A DNA stretch of 64,000 bases. It comes from an uncultured delta proteobacterium. GTDB taxonomy: Bacteria > Myxococcota_A > Polyangia > Polyangiales > Polyangiaceae. Positions 53,919 to 64,000 of the stretch are shown here, piece after piece. The translations under genes were made by a program, and so were the position numbers. The DNA is taken from NCBI GenBank assembly GCA_963716725.1, contig CAVQUB010000021.1:160001-224000 (forward strand), given 5' to 3'. The notes below the pieces were generated by a model. The model searched no databases. It was not told where the DNA came from and was given only the letters and a program-made list of their open reading frames with translations. Positions within the stretch are counted from its first letter, which is position 1. Each line of letters opens with the position of its first letter.

Positions 53919-55955
53919 ATGCGCACGCCGAGCGTGAGCTGGATCGCGCTCGGTGGGCTGCTGGCCTGCGCTTGCTCGTCGCCTGACGACGGCGAGACCG
54001 CAGCCACCACTCGCGTCGTCGCCGACTACAGCCTCGCGGGCGGGTTCTTCGGCGCGCCGTTCCCTGACGCGGCGCGTCTCGACGCAAATGGACGCCCCTC
54101 GGTCGCGGATTTTCCCAACCCGACCGAGTCGCCGTTCTTGGAGAAGCTCAAGCTGTTGCTCGCGCGTGACTCGCGGGGCTTCTCCACCACGGCCGGCGTC
54201 TTCTTCCAGCTGGACGGGGATCTGGAGCTTTCGGTCGAGAGCGGGTTCGCGGCCAGCACGGCGAGTGACGCCCGGGTATTCCTGGTCGATGTCGATCCGG
54301 GCTCGGCCGATCACGGAAAGCGCTCGCCGGTTCGAGTGAGCTTCTCCGCTGAGGGCGGCCCCTTCGGGGCGCCACGGCTCCTGGCGCTGATCCCCCTCCA
54401 GGGCGCCCCGTTGCGACCGCTCACCCGCTACGCTGCGGTGGTGACCCGCGACGTGCTCGACGCGCGGGGCAACCGACTCGGTGTCCCCGACTCGCTGCGA
54501 CGGCTCCTGCGAGGTCAAAGCGTCCCGGGCATGAGTGCCTCGGCCCTGGAAGAGCACCACTCGGCCATCGCCCAACTCGAAGCGCTGGGCGTTGCGTCGA
54601 CCAGGCTGGCGGGCCTTGCCGCCTTCACTACCGACGACCCCACGCGTGATCTCCGCACCGTCCGCGACGCGGTCCTTGCGGCGGACTTGCCTCAGCCGCT
54701 CGCCGCGCCCAGCGCGAAGGAAGTCTTCGACGACTTCTGCGTGTTCGAGAGCAGCATCGAGATGCCAGTTTTCCAAGCCGGCAAACCTCCTTTCTCCGAA
54801 ACCGGCGGGCAGTGGGCCTGGGCCGCCGATGGCTCGCCGAAGCTGGCGCAAAAAGAGGTCGCGCGCATCGTGATCACGTTGCCGAGGCGCAGCATGCCCG
54901 CGGCGGGTTTTCCCGTGGTGCTCTTCAGCCGAACCGGCGGCGGCGGCGACCGCCCCCTCGTGGATCGCGGAGTGCAGGCCAAGACCGGCGGTCCCGCCAT
55001 CACTCCGGGGACCGGCCCCGCGCTGACCTTCGCGCGGGCGGGTTTCGCCGGCGTGAGCGTGGATGGTCCGCACGGCGGTCTCCGGAACGTGAGCGGCGGC
55101 GACGAGCAGTTCTTGATGTTCAACGTGCAGAACCCGAGCGCGCTCCGAGACAACGTGCGCCAGTCGGCCATCGAGCTGGTGCTCCAAGCGCACGTGCTGG
55201 CAGGGCTGCAAGTCGACGCTGGGAGCTGCCCCGATCTGGTGACGGGCGGAGGTCCCGCGAGGTTCGACACGGCGCACCTGGCCCTGATGGGGCACTCCAT
55301 GGGGGCGACCATCGCGCCGCTCTCGATGGCGGTGGAAGCGAAGTTCCGCGCGGCGATCTTGAGCGGCGCCGGCGGCAGCTTCATCGAAAACGTTCTGTAC
55401 AAACAGAAGCCGCTGCCGGTGAAGGGCTTCGCGGAGCTTCTGCTCGGCGTCGCGGGCAGTCACACGCTGTCGGAGTCGGACCCCGTGCTCTCGCTCTTTC
55501 AGTGGGCGGCGGAGCCCGCCGATCCACCAGCCTACGCCCGCGCGATCGTGCACGAGCCTTCGGGCGCACCAGCGCACGTGCTGATGATCCAGGGCATCGT
55601 CGATCACTACATCATGCCGTCCATCGCCAACGCTGCGAGCCTGTCTCTGGGTCTGGATCTGGCTGGTGACGCCCTCGACGCAGTCACCCCCGAGCTCGCG
55701 GACACGCCGCACCTCGCGGAGATGCTGACGTTCTCGGGGCGTGCTCAGATCTCGCTTCCGGCTTCGGGCAACGCCGGCGGCGCGACCGCGGTGGTCGTGC
55801 AAGCGAAGGAGGACGGGATCCAAGACGGACACGAGGTCGTGTTCCAGACCGCCGGCCCCAAGCACCAATACCGATGCTTCTTGGAGAGCCTGGCGCTGGG
55901 CCTGCCGCGCGTGCCGACGCCGGCCGCCGAGCTGACTGCCTGCCCGAGCCCGTGA
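53919..55955 (+). CDS. Secreted alpha/beta-hydrolase (lipase-like) lipoprotein
   Basis: LACAC lipobox; PFPD N-domain; DGPHGG.R; RDNVRQS; GHSMG nucleophile elbow; DGH. Confidence 0.8.
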   Translation: MRTPSVSWIALGGLLACACSSPDDGETAATTRVVADYSLAGGFFGAPFPDAARLDANGRPSVADFPNPTESPFLEKLKLLLARDSRGFSTTAGVFFQLDGDLELSVESGFAASTASDARVFLVDVDPGSADHGKRSPVRVSFSAEGGPFGAPRLLALIPLQGAPLRPLTRYAAVVTRDVLDARGNRLGVPDSLRRLLRGQSVPGMSASALEEHHSAIAQLEALGVASTRLAGLAAFTTDDPTRDLRTVRDAVLAADLPQPLAAPSAKEVFDDFCVFESSIEMPVFQAGKPPFSETGGQWAWAADGSPKLAQKEVARIVITLPRRSMPAAGFPVVLFSRTGGGGDRPLVDRGVQAKTGGPAITPGTGPALTFARAGFAGVSVDGPHGGLRNVSGGDEQFLMFNVQNPSALRDNVRQSAIELVLQAHVLAGLQVDAGSCPDLVTGGGPARFDTAHLALMGHSMGATIAPLSMAVEAKFRAAILSGAGGSFIENVLYKQKPLPVKGFAELLLGVAGSHTLSESDPVLSLFQWAAEPADPPAYARAIVHEPSGAPAHVLMIQGIVDHYIMPSIANAASLSLGLDLAGDALDAVTPELADTPHLAEMLTFSGRAQISLPASGNAGGATAVVVQAKEDGIQDGHEVVFQTAGPKHQYRCFLESLALGLPRVPTPAAELTACPSP

Positions 55956-56013
55956 TCGCCGCCACGCGCGCTCGGGATTTCAGCCCCTGCGCGCGTGCGG
56001 TCGAGCAGGGCCG

Positions 56014-56697
56014 TCAGTCGCCGGTCGCGTCGGTCGTCGCGTCGGTCGTCGCGTCGGTCGTCGCGTCGGTCGTCGCGTCGGTCGCGGCGTCGCTGCCGGC
56101 ATCACCCGTGGTCGGCGTGCAGGCAGCCGGGCCGGACCCGCCATCGGTGGGCAGCTGCGCGGGATCCACGCAGCCCATGTCCGGACCGCCGAGACCCGTG
56201 AGGTCGGCCATGTAGCTGCACTTGCTCGCGCCGGTGTTGCAGCAGCCGGGGAGCGTGAAGGACGAGATCGTCACCGGCGGACAACTGGTGTCCAGGTTGC
56301 CCTTCTGATTGAGCTCGTAGCAGCCAGCGGTCAGGTTGATGAACCCTGCGGTGGTCTCGTCGATGTCCACGCCGCACTTGTCCTTTGCCGATCCCGCGCA
56401 GCACGGAGGCAAGTTGGCGACGATCAAATCGTAGGACTTACAGGTCTCGCTGCCGCACGTCATCGTGGTGCCGCCGGTCCCACCGGTACCACCCGTCGCA
56501 CCGCCGCTTCCGGAGCTGCCGCCCGTCCCGCCGGAGCCAGCGGTTCCGCCCGATCCAGTATCAGGGCCGGCGTCCTTGCCGCCTGTTCCCGGCTTATTGC
56601 CGTTGTCGTCATCGTCACCGCCACACGCGGGAACACCCGCCGCGGCGATCGCGCAAACACCGAGCCCAATCAGCAACTTGAAATTCTTGAAGTTCAT
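56014..56697 (-). CDS. Cys-rich lipoprotein with Gly tether and DATT tail
   Basis: VPAC lipobox; PPCC / PGCC motifs. Confidence 0.82.
   Translation of the reverse strand: MNFKNFKLLIGLGVCAIAAAGVPACGGDDDDNGNKPGTGGKDAGPDTGSGGTAGSGGTGGSSGSGGATGGTGGTGGTTMTCGSETCKSYDLIVANLPPCCAGSAKDKCGVDIDETTAGFINLTAGCYELNQKGNLDTSCPPVTISSFTLPGCCNTGASKCSYMADLTGLGGPDMGCVDPAQLPTDGGSGPAACTPTTGDAGSDAATDATTDATTDATTDATTDATGD
56024..56083 (-). repeat. 12-bp perfect tandem repeat x5 encoding DATT
   Basis: (GTCGCGTCGGTC)5 on the plus strand. Confidence 0.92.
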
Positions 56698-56871
56698 GAC
56701 GCACTCCCCAGCAAGAGCCAGCGGGCTGAGGCTAGCTCAAACCGGGGCGTGCCGGAAACCACGGGGGCGAGCTGTGGGCAGCTTGCCCCAAAAAACCACA
56801 GCGACCGCCTGCACATTTGGGGCTAGGCTGGTCAGATTGGGGCCGGTCTCGGCGCCGAAGGAGCCTTTGTC

Positions 56872-58746
56872 ATGCGCCAATCCTGGACCCTGATGCTTGT
56901 TGCAGCGCTTGCCCTTGGGTTGGGCGGGTTCGGCGCCGCGTGCAGCACGAGCACTGACGACGGCATCGGCGGCGGCGGAGGCCTGGGCGGGTCCGGCGCC
57001 ATGGGCGGCGTGGGCGGGGGCAGCGGCGGCGGAACCGGTTGCCCCAGCGGCCTGTCGAGCTGCAACGGGCAGTGCGTCGACTCCCAGTACAACCCGAACC
57101 ATTGCGGGGCTTGCGACAAGAAGTGCGGCGCCGGCGAGTTCTGCTCGAGCGGCACCTGCGGCTCGACATGCGGCGGCGGAACCACCCAGTGCAGCGGCGC
57201 CTGCGTGAACGTGCAGTCCGACATCGCCAACTGCGGCAGCTGCGGCAACGTCTGCAACGTGGGCGAGGTGTGCTCGAACGGCGCTTGCGGCGTCACCTGC
57301 TCCGGCGGCACTACGCAGTGCGCCGGCAAGTGCGTCGACTCGGCGGTGGACCCGACGAACTGCGGCGAGTGCGGCACGACCTGCAAGGCCGGTGAGGTCT
57401 GCTCGGCCGGACAGTGCGGCACCAAGTGCGTCGGAGGCACCACGCTCTGCACCGGCAAGTGCGTCGACACCGGCGTCGATCCCGCCAACTGCGGCGCCTG
57501 CGAGACGGCCTGTGCGAGCGGCGAGGTCTGCTCTGCGGGCACCTGCGACACCAAATGCGTCGGCGGCACCACGCTCTGCGGCGGCAAGTGCGTCGACACG
57601 CAGCTCGACACCGGCAACTGCGGCACCTGCGGCACGGCCTGCACCGCGGGCGAGGCCTGCGTGAGCGGCACCTGCAAGACGGTCTGCGTCGGTGGCAGCA
57701 CGCTGTGCTCGAATACCTGCGTCGACACCAAGCTCGACCCCGCCAACTGCGGCGCCTGCGGCACCAAATGCACGGCGGGCCAGGTCTGTTCCTCCGGCAA
57801 ATGCGGCTTGGTCTGCAGCGGCGGCTCGACGCTGTGCAGCGCCAATTGCGTGGATACGAAGGTGGATCCAACCAACTGCGGGACCTGTGCCAAGGCCTGC
57901 ACCGCGGGCGAGAGTTGTGTGAACGGCACCTGCGGCATCGTCTGCACCGGTGGCACCACCAACTGCAGCGGTAAGTGCGTGGATGTGAAGATCGACGCGC
58001 TGAACTGCGGCCTCTGCGGCAAAGCCTGCACCGCAGGGCAGATTTGCAACAATGGCACCTGCCAGTTGCTCTGCTCGGGTGGCACCACCAACTGCAACGG
58101 TCTGTGCGTGGACGTGAAGGTCGATCCGAACAACTGCGGCACCTGTGGCAAGGTCTGCACCACAGGTCAGACCTGTACAAACAGCGTGTGCACCGCGAGC
58201 GGATGCCAGAACCCCGTGCCGACGACGCTCTTCTCCGAAGGCTTCGCCAACAACAGCCAGGGTTGGACTCTGGGCACCGAGTGGCAGGTCGCTGCGGCCA
58301 AGGTCTCTATCGGCGGCTATGGCAACCCTGACCCCGCCACCGATCACACCCTTGGTACGGACAACGGCGTCGCGGGCGTGGTCATTGGCGGCAACGCCTC
58401 GACCACCATGCACGGCTACTACTACATGACCAGCCCCATCATCAACGCGGCGGGGGCGACCAAGCTCTACCTCGGGTTCTGGCGTTGGCTGAACAGCGAC
58501 TACCTGCCTTACATGCAGAACAGCGTCGAGGTCTTCAACGGCAGCTCGTGGGTGGTGGTCTGGCAGAGTGGCAGCTATCCGGCCGTGCAAGACGCGGCGT
58601 GGTCGCAGCAGTCCTTCGACATCTCGGCCCACGCCAACGCCAACCTCCGCGTGCGCTTCGGGCACTTGGTCGGCAGCGCCGGCGTATTCACGGTTTCATC
58701 TTGGAACGTCGACGACGTCACGGTCACCAAAGTCACCTGTAACTGA
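56872..58746 (+). CDS. Lipoprotein with about ten 40-aa Cys-rich repeats (STIG1/MXAN_6577-like) and C-terminal jelly-roll/MAM-like domain
   Basis: GAAC lipobox; CVDxxxDPxNCGxCGxxCxxGxxCxxGxC repeats; LRVRFG...SWNVDDV. Confidence 0.87.
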   Translation: MRQSWTLMLVAALALGLGGFGAACSTSTDDGIGGGGGLGGSGAMGGVGGGSGGGTGCPSGLSSCNGQCVDSQYNPNHCGACDKKCGAGEFCSSGTCGSTCGGGTTQCSGACVNVQSDIANCGSCGNVCNVGEVCSNGACGVTCSGGTTQCAGKCVDSAVDPTNCGECGTTCKAGEVCSAGQCGTKCVGGTTLCTGKCVDTGVDPANCGACETACASGEVCSAGTCDTKCVGGTTLCGGKCVDTQLDTGNCGTCGTACTAGEACVSGTCKTVCVGGSTLCSNTCVDTKLDPANCGACGTKCTAGQVCSSGKCGLVCSGGSTLCSANCVDTKVDPTNCGTCAKACTAGESCVNGTCGIVCTGGTTNCSGKCVDVKIDALNCGLCGKACTAGQICNNGTCQLLCSGGTTNCNGLCVDVKVDPNNCGTCGKVCTTGQTCTNSVCTASGCQNPVPTTLFSEGFANNSQGWTLGTEWQVAAAKVSIGGYGNPDPATDHTLGTDNGVAGVVIGGNASTTMHGYYYMTSPIINAAGATKLYLGFWRWLNSDYLPYMQNSVEVFNGSSWVVVWQSGSYPAVQDAAWSQQSFDISAHANANLRVRFGHLVGSAGVFTVSSWNVDDVTVTKVTCN

Positions 58747-58812
58747 CGCCCTATCGCTAGCCACCGCAGCGGCCCTCGTCCTTGGTCGCGCTCTACGTCG
58801 GGTGGTGAGGCC

Positions 58813-60639
58813 TCAGGCCTTCTCGATGGTGTTGCTGCCGGAGGTCGTCTTGTAGCGCGTCCGCGTCACCGTGCCGTCGAAGGCTTTGGTCTTCACGTCG
58901 GCGACCTTCATGAAGGTGACCTGGATGTCCTTGTCGGTGTTGACATCGACGATGGCGATGCCGTGCGCGAAGCTGTCGATGTGTTTGTAGTGCGGGTTCG
59001 CCGTCGCCAGCGCGGCGTCGAACTTCTGGGGGTCCTCCGCCAGCTCCTTCAAGCCAAATGCGCCGTCGGGATCCAGGCCGAGGGCCTGGGTCGCCACGAT
59101 CTCTTGAAAGGGCGAGGAGCTGATGCCAGCGCAGACGTACTCGACGCCGATCGGCTTGACGCCCGGCGCGTCGAAGTCGGCGTGCAGCTCACCGGCGTAG
59201 AAGGCGTGGATGTCGCCGGTGATCACCACCAGGTTCTCGACGGAGGAGAGCGCTTCGAGCACCTCCTTGCGCTCCGTCCGGAAGCCGTCCCATTGATCCA
59301 AGGTCAAATACCAGATCCCCTGGAACAGGACCGGCACCTTGGGCAAGGTCAGATCGACAGCCATTTGCAGGAGCTGGGTCTCGTTGCCCCAGAACTTCCA
59401 GGTGGCCGACGACGCCTTCATGCCCTCGACGAACCACTGCTTCTGCTTGTCGCCGAGCATCTTCGGCTTCACGAAGGCCTCGATCTTGTCGAAGGCCTCT
59501 TTTTTGCAGAAGTTGCGGGAACCGAGCGCGCTGTTGGGCCCCAGCTTGCCCGCCGCGTCGTAGGTCGGAAAGTCCGCGGGAGTGCCGGCAGGTTTGTCCG
59601 TGGTCTTGGCACCTTCCGGGATGCAGTGGTCGTCGCGGTAGCTGCGCTGGTCGGTCAAGAACAGCTCGACGTGCTTGCCGTAGCGGAGCGTGCGGTAGAT
59701 CACCAAGTCATCGGGGAAGGCTTTGTTCGCGTCGAAGCTGACGTCGGCCGGCTGATACTCGAACCAGGCCTGGTTGGCGTCTTCCCGGCGCTGGGTGCTC
59801 TTCTCGGCGCCCTTGGTCTCGTTGAAGTCGGTGGAGTGATCCTGCCACGCGTCGTTGGCGAACTCGTGATCGTCCCAGATGGCGATGAACGGAAACAACG
59901 AGTGGGCCTTCTGCAGGTTGGCGTCGCTGCGGTACTGACGGTAGAGGCCGCGATAGTCCCGGAGAGACTTGGCTGCCTTGACCTTCGGCACGATCTCGAT
60001 GCCGTCCGGGATTTCGATCTGCCGGTCCGGGGTGCTGGTCTGGAAATCCGGATCGCCGTTGGTCTCGTAGATGTAGTCGCCGAGCCAGACCACGAAGTCG
60101 ACCGGATCCTCCTGCTCGAGGAACGCCTTCCAGCTGTGGTAGTAGCGGCCCACGAAGTCCTGGCACGAGGCGAAGGCAAAACGCACCGCGACGTCTTGGT
60201 CGATCGCTGGCGCGGTCTTCGTGCGACCGGTGATGGACTGCGTGAGCTCGGCCTTGAAGCGGTAGTAGTAGGTGGTCAGCGCCGACAGGCCCGTGGGCTT
60301 GATGCGGACAGTCCAGTCCGTGGACTCGTCGGTCATGGTGTCGCCCGTGGCGATGATGGTGGTGAAGGCTTCGTCGGTCGCGATCTCGTAGATCACCTTC
60401 ACGCTGCCCGAGCCGGACTTCGGCACGGCGCGCGTCCACAAGATCACGCTATCGGGCTTGGGATCACCCGAGGCCAGACCCTGGGGATAGACCAAGGCTT
60501 GATCGGCCGGGTCGGTGCTGTAAGTGATGGGTTTGGTGCCCCCTCCGCCGTCGTCGTCCGACGAGCAACCGAGCGGCGAGACCGCAACCGTGACCACGAG
60601 CCCAGCCAAGAAATCGCGACGAGCAATGCGTGAAGCCAT
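58813..60639 (-). CDS. phoD: PhoD-family alkaline phosphatase, Tat-exported lipoprotein
   Basis: ARRDFL Tat motif + LGC; ASGDP, GRTKT, ASCQ, GDYIYE, WDDHE, DQWDGF, TGDIH. Confidence 0.92.
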   Translation of the reverse strand: MASRIARRDFLAGLVVTVAVSPLGCSSDDDGGGGTKPITYSTDPADQALVYPQGLASGDPKPDSVILWTRAVPKSGSGSVKVIYEIATDEAFTTIIATGDTMTDESTDWTVRIKPTGLSALTTYYYRFKAELTQSITGRTKTAPAIDQDVAVRFAFASCQDFVGRYYHSWKAFLEQEDPVDFVVWLGDYIYETNGDPDFQTSTPDRQIEIPDGIEIVPKVKAAKSLRDYRGLYRQYRSDANLQKAHSLFPFIAIWDDHEFANDAWQDHSTDFNETKGAEKSTQRREDANQAWFEYQPADVSFDANKAFPDDLVIYRTLRYGKHVELFLTDQRSYRDDHCIPEGAKTTDKPAGTPADFPTYDAAGKLGPNSALGSRNFCKKEAFDKIEAFVKPKMLGDKQKQWFVEGMKASSATWKFWGNETQLLQMAVDLTLPKVPVLFQGIWYLTLDQWDGFRTERKEVLEALSSVENLVVITGDIHAFYAGELHADFDAPGVKPIGVEYVCAGISSSPFQEIVATQALGLDPDGAFGLKELAEDPQKFDAALATANPHYKHIDSFAHGIAIVDVNTDKDIQVTFMKVADVKTKAFDGTVTRTRYKTTSGSNTIEKA

Positions 60640-60687
60640 GAGGCGGAGCGTACTGTCGAGTGAGAGACCCCGCAACGGGTCTCGGCC

Positions 60688-60894
60688 TCAGTTCCGCGCG
60701 CGCGCGAAGGTGCCGCGGATCTCGGTGTGGCGCGACAGGAACATGGTCCAAGCCAACGCGTTCTCGGCGCTCTGGCCGAAGCGGATGGTGCCGAGATCGC
60801 GGGCCTCGAAGGTCATCACGCTGGCTCCGTCGAGGTGCGGGAAGTAGGCGTTCTGATCGTTCCAGACGCCGCGAAAGAGCTTGGGACGTTTCAC
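60688..60894 (-). pseudogene. Possible gene fragment or small ORF
   Basis: RPKLFRGVWNDQNAYFPHLDG...TEIRGTFAR has coding-like codon bias; no clear start or family. Confidence 0.3.
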
Positions 60895-60996
60895 TGGCTG
60901 GAGAGATCGACGGAGGCGGTGGGTCGACGATTCATCCCTCCGGGGCGTCAGCAAGCGTCGCTCTCAGCCGCCGAGTCCGTGCTAAGCTCTGCCAGA

Positions 60997-61830
60997 ATGA
61001 CGCGGGTCTGGCTCGTCTCGTGCCTCGCGCTCTTTGCACCGGCCTGTGGAGTCGAAGAGAGCGGCGGCCTGGCCGCCACCGGCGGAACTGCGGGCGCGAC
61101 CGGAGGCGGTTCCGGGGGCATCACGGGTTCGGGCGGGTTCCCGAGCGGCGGCGCCGGTGCGATCGCGGGCGCCGGCGGCTCGCTGGGCGGCGCGGGCGGC
61201 GCTAGCGGCTCGGCTGGCGCACCGAAGGGCGGCACCGGAGGCGCGTCGTCGGGCGGCGCGGGTGGCACCAGCTCCGGAGGCATGGGTGGCAAGCCCACGG
61301 GCGGTGCGGGCGGTGTGGGCGGCACCGGCGGTTTGAACACGGGCGGCACCGCCGGCGTCACGGGCCTGTGCCTGCCGGCGCCCGCGCCCGTCGCGTGCCT
61401 GTCACAGTCAAAGTGCGGGACGGCTTGCACCCCGAACACCGGATGCGTGTCCTCGTGCCAAAACAGCGAGTGCATCACGCTGTGCACGACGCAAGCAGCT
61501 TGCAAGAACAAGCTCATCACCTGCTCCGTGGGCCAGAAGTGCAAGGTCGAGTGCGAGAAGGACGCCTGCGAAGGCGCGACCATCAACTGCGGCGACGCGA
61601 CCGAGTGCAGCGTCAAGTGCAACGGCGATCACGCCTGCAAGAACGTGACCGTCAACTGCGGCTCCGGTCCGTGCCAGCTCGCGTGTGCGGGCCACGACCA
61701 CGCCTGCAACGAGAACACCACGCTGAAGTGCGGAGCCCAAGCCTGCAGTGTGGTCTGCAACAACGTCGATGGCCCCGTCATCGACTGCAAGACAACGCCC
61801 TGCTCCGGCTGTCCCGGGGGCTGCCCCTGA
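60997..61830 (+). CDS. Lipoprotein with long Gly tether and Cys-rich solenoid-like repeats
   Basis: APAC lipobox; CxVxCxxxxACxxxxxxC repeats. Confidence 0.82.
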   Translation: MTRVWLVSCLALFAPACGVEESGGLAATGGTAGATGGGSGGITGSGGFPSGGAGAIAGAGGSLGGAGGASGSAGAPKGGTGGASSGGAGGTSSGGMGGKPTGGAGGVGGTGGLNTGGTAGVTGLCLPAPAPVACLSQSKCGTACTPNTGCVSSCQNSECITLCTTQAACKNKLITCSVGQKCKVECEKDACEGATINCGDATECSVKCNGDHACKNVTVNCGSGPCQLACAGHDHACNENTTLKCGAQACSVVCNNVDGPVIDCKTTPCSGCPGGCP

Positions 61831-61844
61831 GCTATCCTCGCGGC

Positions 61845-63440
61845 ATGCGAGCGGCTCTTGGTATTGCGGTCGCGGTGTCTGCCCTGTGGCTGTCGTCCCC
61901 AGCGCACGCCGCAGACACGGTGGTCGATCTCTCGGGCGCGGTCCCCGACGACGGGCTGCGACATTTCTTCATCGAGCTCGAGGTCCCGGCGGGGATCAAA
62001 GAGATCGAGATCGCCCATGACGACCTGTCGGCAGACAACATCCTGGACTGGGGTCTGCTCGACGAAAAGGGAGCGTTTCGCGGCTGGGGCGGTGGCAACG
62101 GCGAAAACGCCGTCGTGGGTGAGGCGGCCGCGTCACGTTCGTATCTGCCCGGGCCTATTGGCGCGGGCAAGTGGAAGATCGTGGTCGGCAAGGCCAAGAT
62201 CAAGCAAACCCCCGCGAGCTACAGCGTGCAGGTCACTTTGCGCGACCTGGCGACGCTCCCGCCGCAGACCACGCGCACGCCCTACAAAGCCGTCGCGCCC
62301 CTGTCGATCGAGACGCGGTGGTACGCCGGCGACTTCCACGTGCACTCCATCGAGAGCGGGGACGCCAAGCCCCCGCTGGACGAAATCGCGGCCTTCGCCA
62401 AGGGACGAAAGCTCGACTTCGTGATGCTCAGCGATCACAACACGGTGTCCCAGCTCGACTTCTACTCCGTTGCGCAGAAGCAGCACCCGGATCTGCTGTT
62501 TTTGCCCGGAGTCGAGTTCACGACCTACTGGGGTCACGCCAACGGCATCGGGGCCACGGTCTACGTCGACGACAAGACCGAGATGCCCGGACACTCCATC
62601 GGCGCGGCGGCCAAGGCGTTCCGCGATCAGGGCGCGCTCTTCTCGATCAACCACCCCACGATGACGCTCGGCGACGCCTGCATCGGCTGCGCCTGGGAAC
62701 ACGACCTGCCGCTCGATCAGATCGACGCCATCGAGATCGGCACCGGCAAGTTCGGGATGCTGACTCAGTCGGCGGTCGACTATTGGGACAACCTCTGCTC
62801 CAAAGGGCGGCACTTGGCCGCGCTGGGCGGCAGCGACGATCACGACGCGGGCGTCGATCTGTCCCCGATCCAGAGCCCGATCGGCAGCCCGACCACCATG
62901 GTCTACGCCAAGGCGCTCAGCGTGCAGGCCATCATCGATGCGATCAAGTCGGGCCGCACCGTGGTCAAGCTCCAAGGCCCCGGCGATCCGATGATCGAGC
63001 TCGCGTCGAGCGTGGTTCCGACCGGGGACACCGTCGCGGCGCCGAAGACCGAGCTGTCGGCCACAATCACCGGTGGGCTCGGGTTCACGGCGCGCTTCGT
63101 CAAGAACGGTCAGCCCGCAGCCGAGGTCGAGATCGACTCCGACCCCTTCGTGTTGAAGCTGGCGGCGGCCTCACCGGCGTCCGGCGAACACCGCTTTCGG
63201 GTCGAAGTGATGGACGGCAGCTCGCGCATCACGGTCACGAGCCACCTTTGGCTGACGAGCGCTGCCGCGGCGGACGCAGGGGCTGGCGGCAGCGCCGGCA
63301 GCGGCAGCAACGGCAGCGGGGCGGGGTCCGATGACGACGGCGGCTGCGGCTGCGGCGTCGCCCGCGGTCCGCTGTTCGGCGGGCTCGCCCTGCTGGCCCT
63401 GGGCCTCGCTGCGCTCGCGCTGCGCCGCGAGCAGCGGTAG
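61845..63440 (+). CDS. CehA/McbA-family PHP-domain metallohydrolase with MYXO-CTERM
   Basis: Signal peptide; GDFHVHS, SDHN, GHAN, SINHP, GGSDDH; GCGC + TM + RREQR. Confidence 0.88.
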   Translation: MRAALGIAVAVSALWLSSPAHAADTVVDLSGAVPDDGLRHFFIELEVPAGIKEIEIAHDDLSADNILDWGLLDEKGAFRGWGGGNGENAVVGEAAASRSYLPGPIGAGKWKIVVGKAKIKQTPASYSVQVTLRDLATLPPQTTRTPYKAVAPLSIETRWYAGDFHVHSIESGDAKPPLDEIAAFAKGRKLDFVMLSDHNTVSQLDFYSVAQKQHPDLLFLPGVEFTTYWGHANGIGATVYVDDKTEMPGHSIGAAAKAFRDQGALFSINHPTMTLGDACIGCAWEHDLPLDQIDAIEIGTGKFGMLTQSAVDYWDNLCSKGRHLAALGGSDDHDAGVDLSPIQSPIGSPTTMVYAKALSVQAIIDAIKSGRTVVKLQGPGDPMIELASSVVPTGDTVAAPKTELSATITGGLGFTARFVKNGQPAAEVEIDSDPFVLKLAAASPASGEHRFRVEVMDGSSRITVTSHLWLTSAAAADAGAGGSAGSGSNGSGAGSDDDGGCGCGVARGPLFGGLALLALGLAALALRREQR

Positions 63441-63452
63441 AAGCCGAGTGCT

Positions 63453-63739
63453 TTGGCGACAGTCAACCGACGCCGAACGGGCTTGCGCGCACGACGGCGC
63501 CTGTGTTCGGCGCTGTCGCTGCTCTCGCCTGGCCTCTCGATGTTCGCGTTGGATTTCGGACGCCGCCCGGCGTTCTTGGGGTCGCTGCGCGGCTGGCCCC
63601 TCGCGCAGTACCTGACGACGACCATCGGGGCGCCCCTGCTCTGGGCGACGCTGTGCTGTACGTAGCGGCGAGCCGGCGCGGAGCGTACCGGCGGCTCGCT
63701 GCCATCATTTTCACGACCACCGACCCAACTGGGGCATGA
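63453..63739 (+). pseudogene. Possible remnant of a membrane protein gene
   Basis: Two frames join into ...GAPLLWATL/VLYVAASRRGAYRRLAAIIFTT, then stop. Confidence 0.25.
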
Positions 63740-64000
63740 TGCACGGACCGCTGAAGGTGCTCGCGCAGGTGGAAGACCCCCGATACCTTTGCTTCCTGCG
63801 GGACCGCCCGGACTTCGGTCGCGCGGGAGAGCGCGGCGCCGGACCGCGATGAGACGCCCTTAGGCCGCCGACCCGAAGGACGGCGGCAGAATGACGGGGA
63901 GGCCCGCCAACGCGCAGTCCGCCACCAGCACGCCCAGGTGGTGCGTGCGCTCGAGCCCCGCGCGATGGACGATCTCGTCAGCGGCACTCTTGAGCTCGCT

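Noticed and set aside
52218..55868. 1216-aa minus-strand ORF and other long antisense ORFs (e.g. 50222-52171, 56737-58665, 24237-25691)
   Set aside because: Shadow frames of well-supported opposite-strand genes, expected from high GC3; no motifs
56872..58746. Cys-rich repeats as multiheme cytochrome or RiPP precursors
   Set aside because: CxxC motifs are not followed by His; no maturation enzymes nearby; the pattern fits disulfide-rich myxobacterial repeats
63660..64000. REP-like hairpin (~63665-63703) and short ORFs at the window end
   Set aside because: Single copy, overlaps a probable gene remnant, no recognisable transposase; too little context

Overview
High-GC bacterial window. Gene content points to Myxococcota, probably a Polyangia/Sorangiineae-like lineage: two MYXO-CTERM proteins, Cys-rich/Gly-tethered lipoproteins and a Ser/Thr kinase-PEGA pair. 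I can support about 50 coding regions. They include housekeeping genes (tal/fsa, ybeY, HU, lnt, rlmI-like, yqeY, apbE, a P-type ATPase) and a GH63-gnd-zwf-ROK sugar cluster. A TetR / sphingosine-1-phosphate-lyase-like / M81 operon has a clear tandem operator. There is also a giant acyl-CoA dehydratase activase gene and about 18 secreted lipoproteins. No rRNA, tRNA, CRISPR array or mobile element was recognised. Several genes are broken by single-base indels (gnd, 34973-36972, 38563-39997, 43932-48319), most likely long-read consensus errors, and several intergenic spaces hold gene remnants. Main leads: (1) the TetR-S1P-lyase-like-M81 unit; (2) two unannotated lipoproteins with cryptic cysteine-protease motifs that share an N-terminal GKAD motif; (3) a shared TGTAG-N9-CTACA palindrome upstream of two secreted-protein genes; (4) the lipoprotein-kinase-PEGA triad. 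All family calls come from motif recognition by eye; no searches were run.
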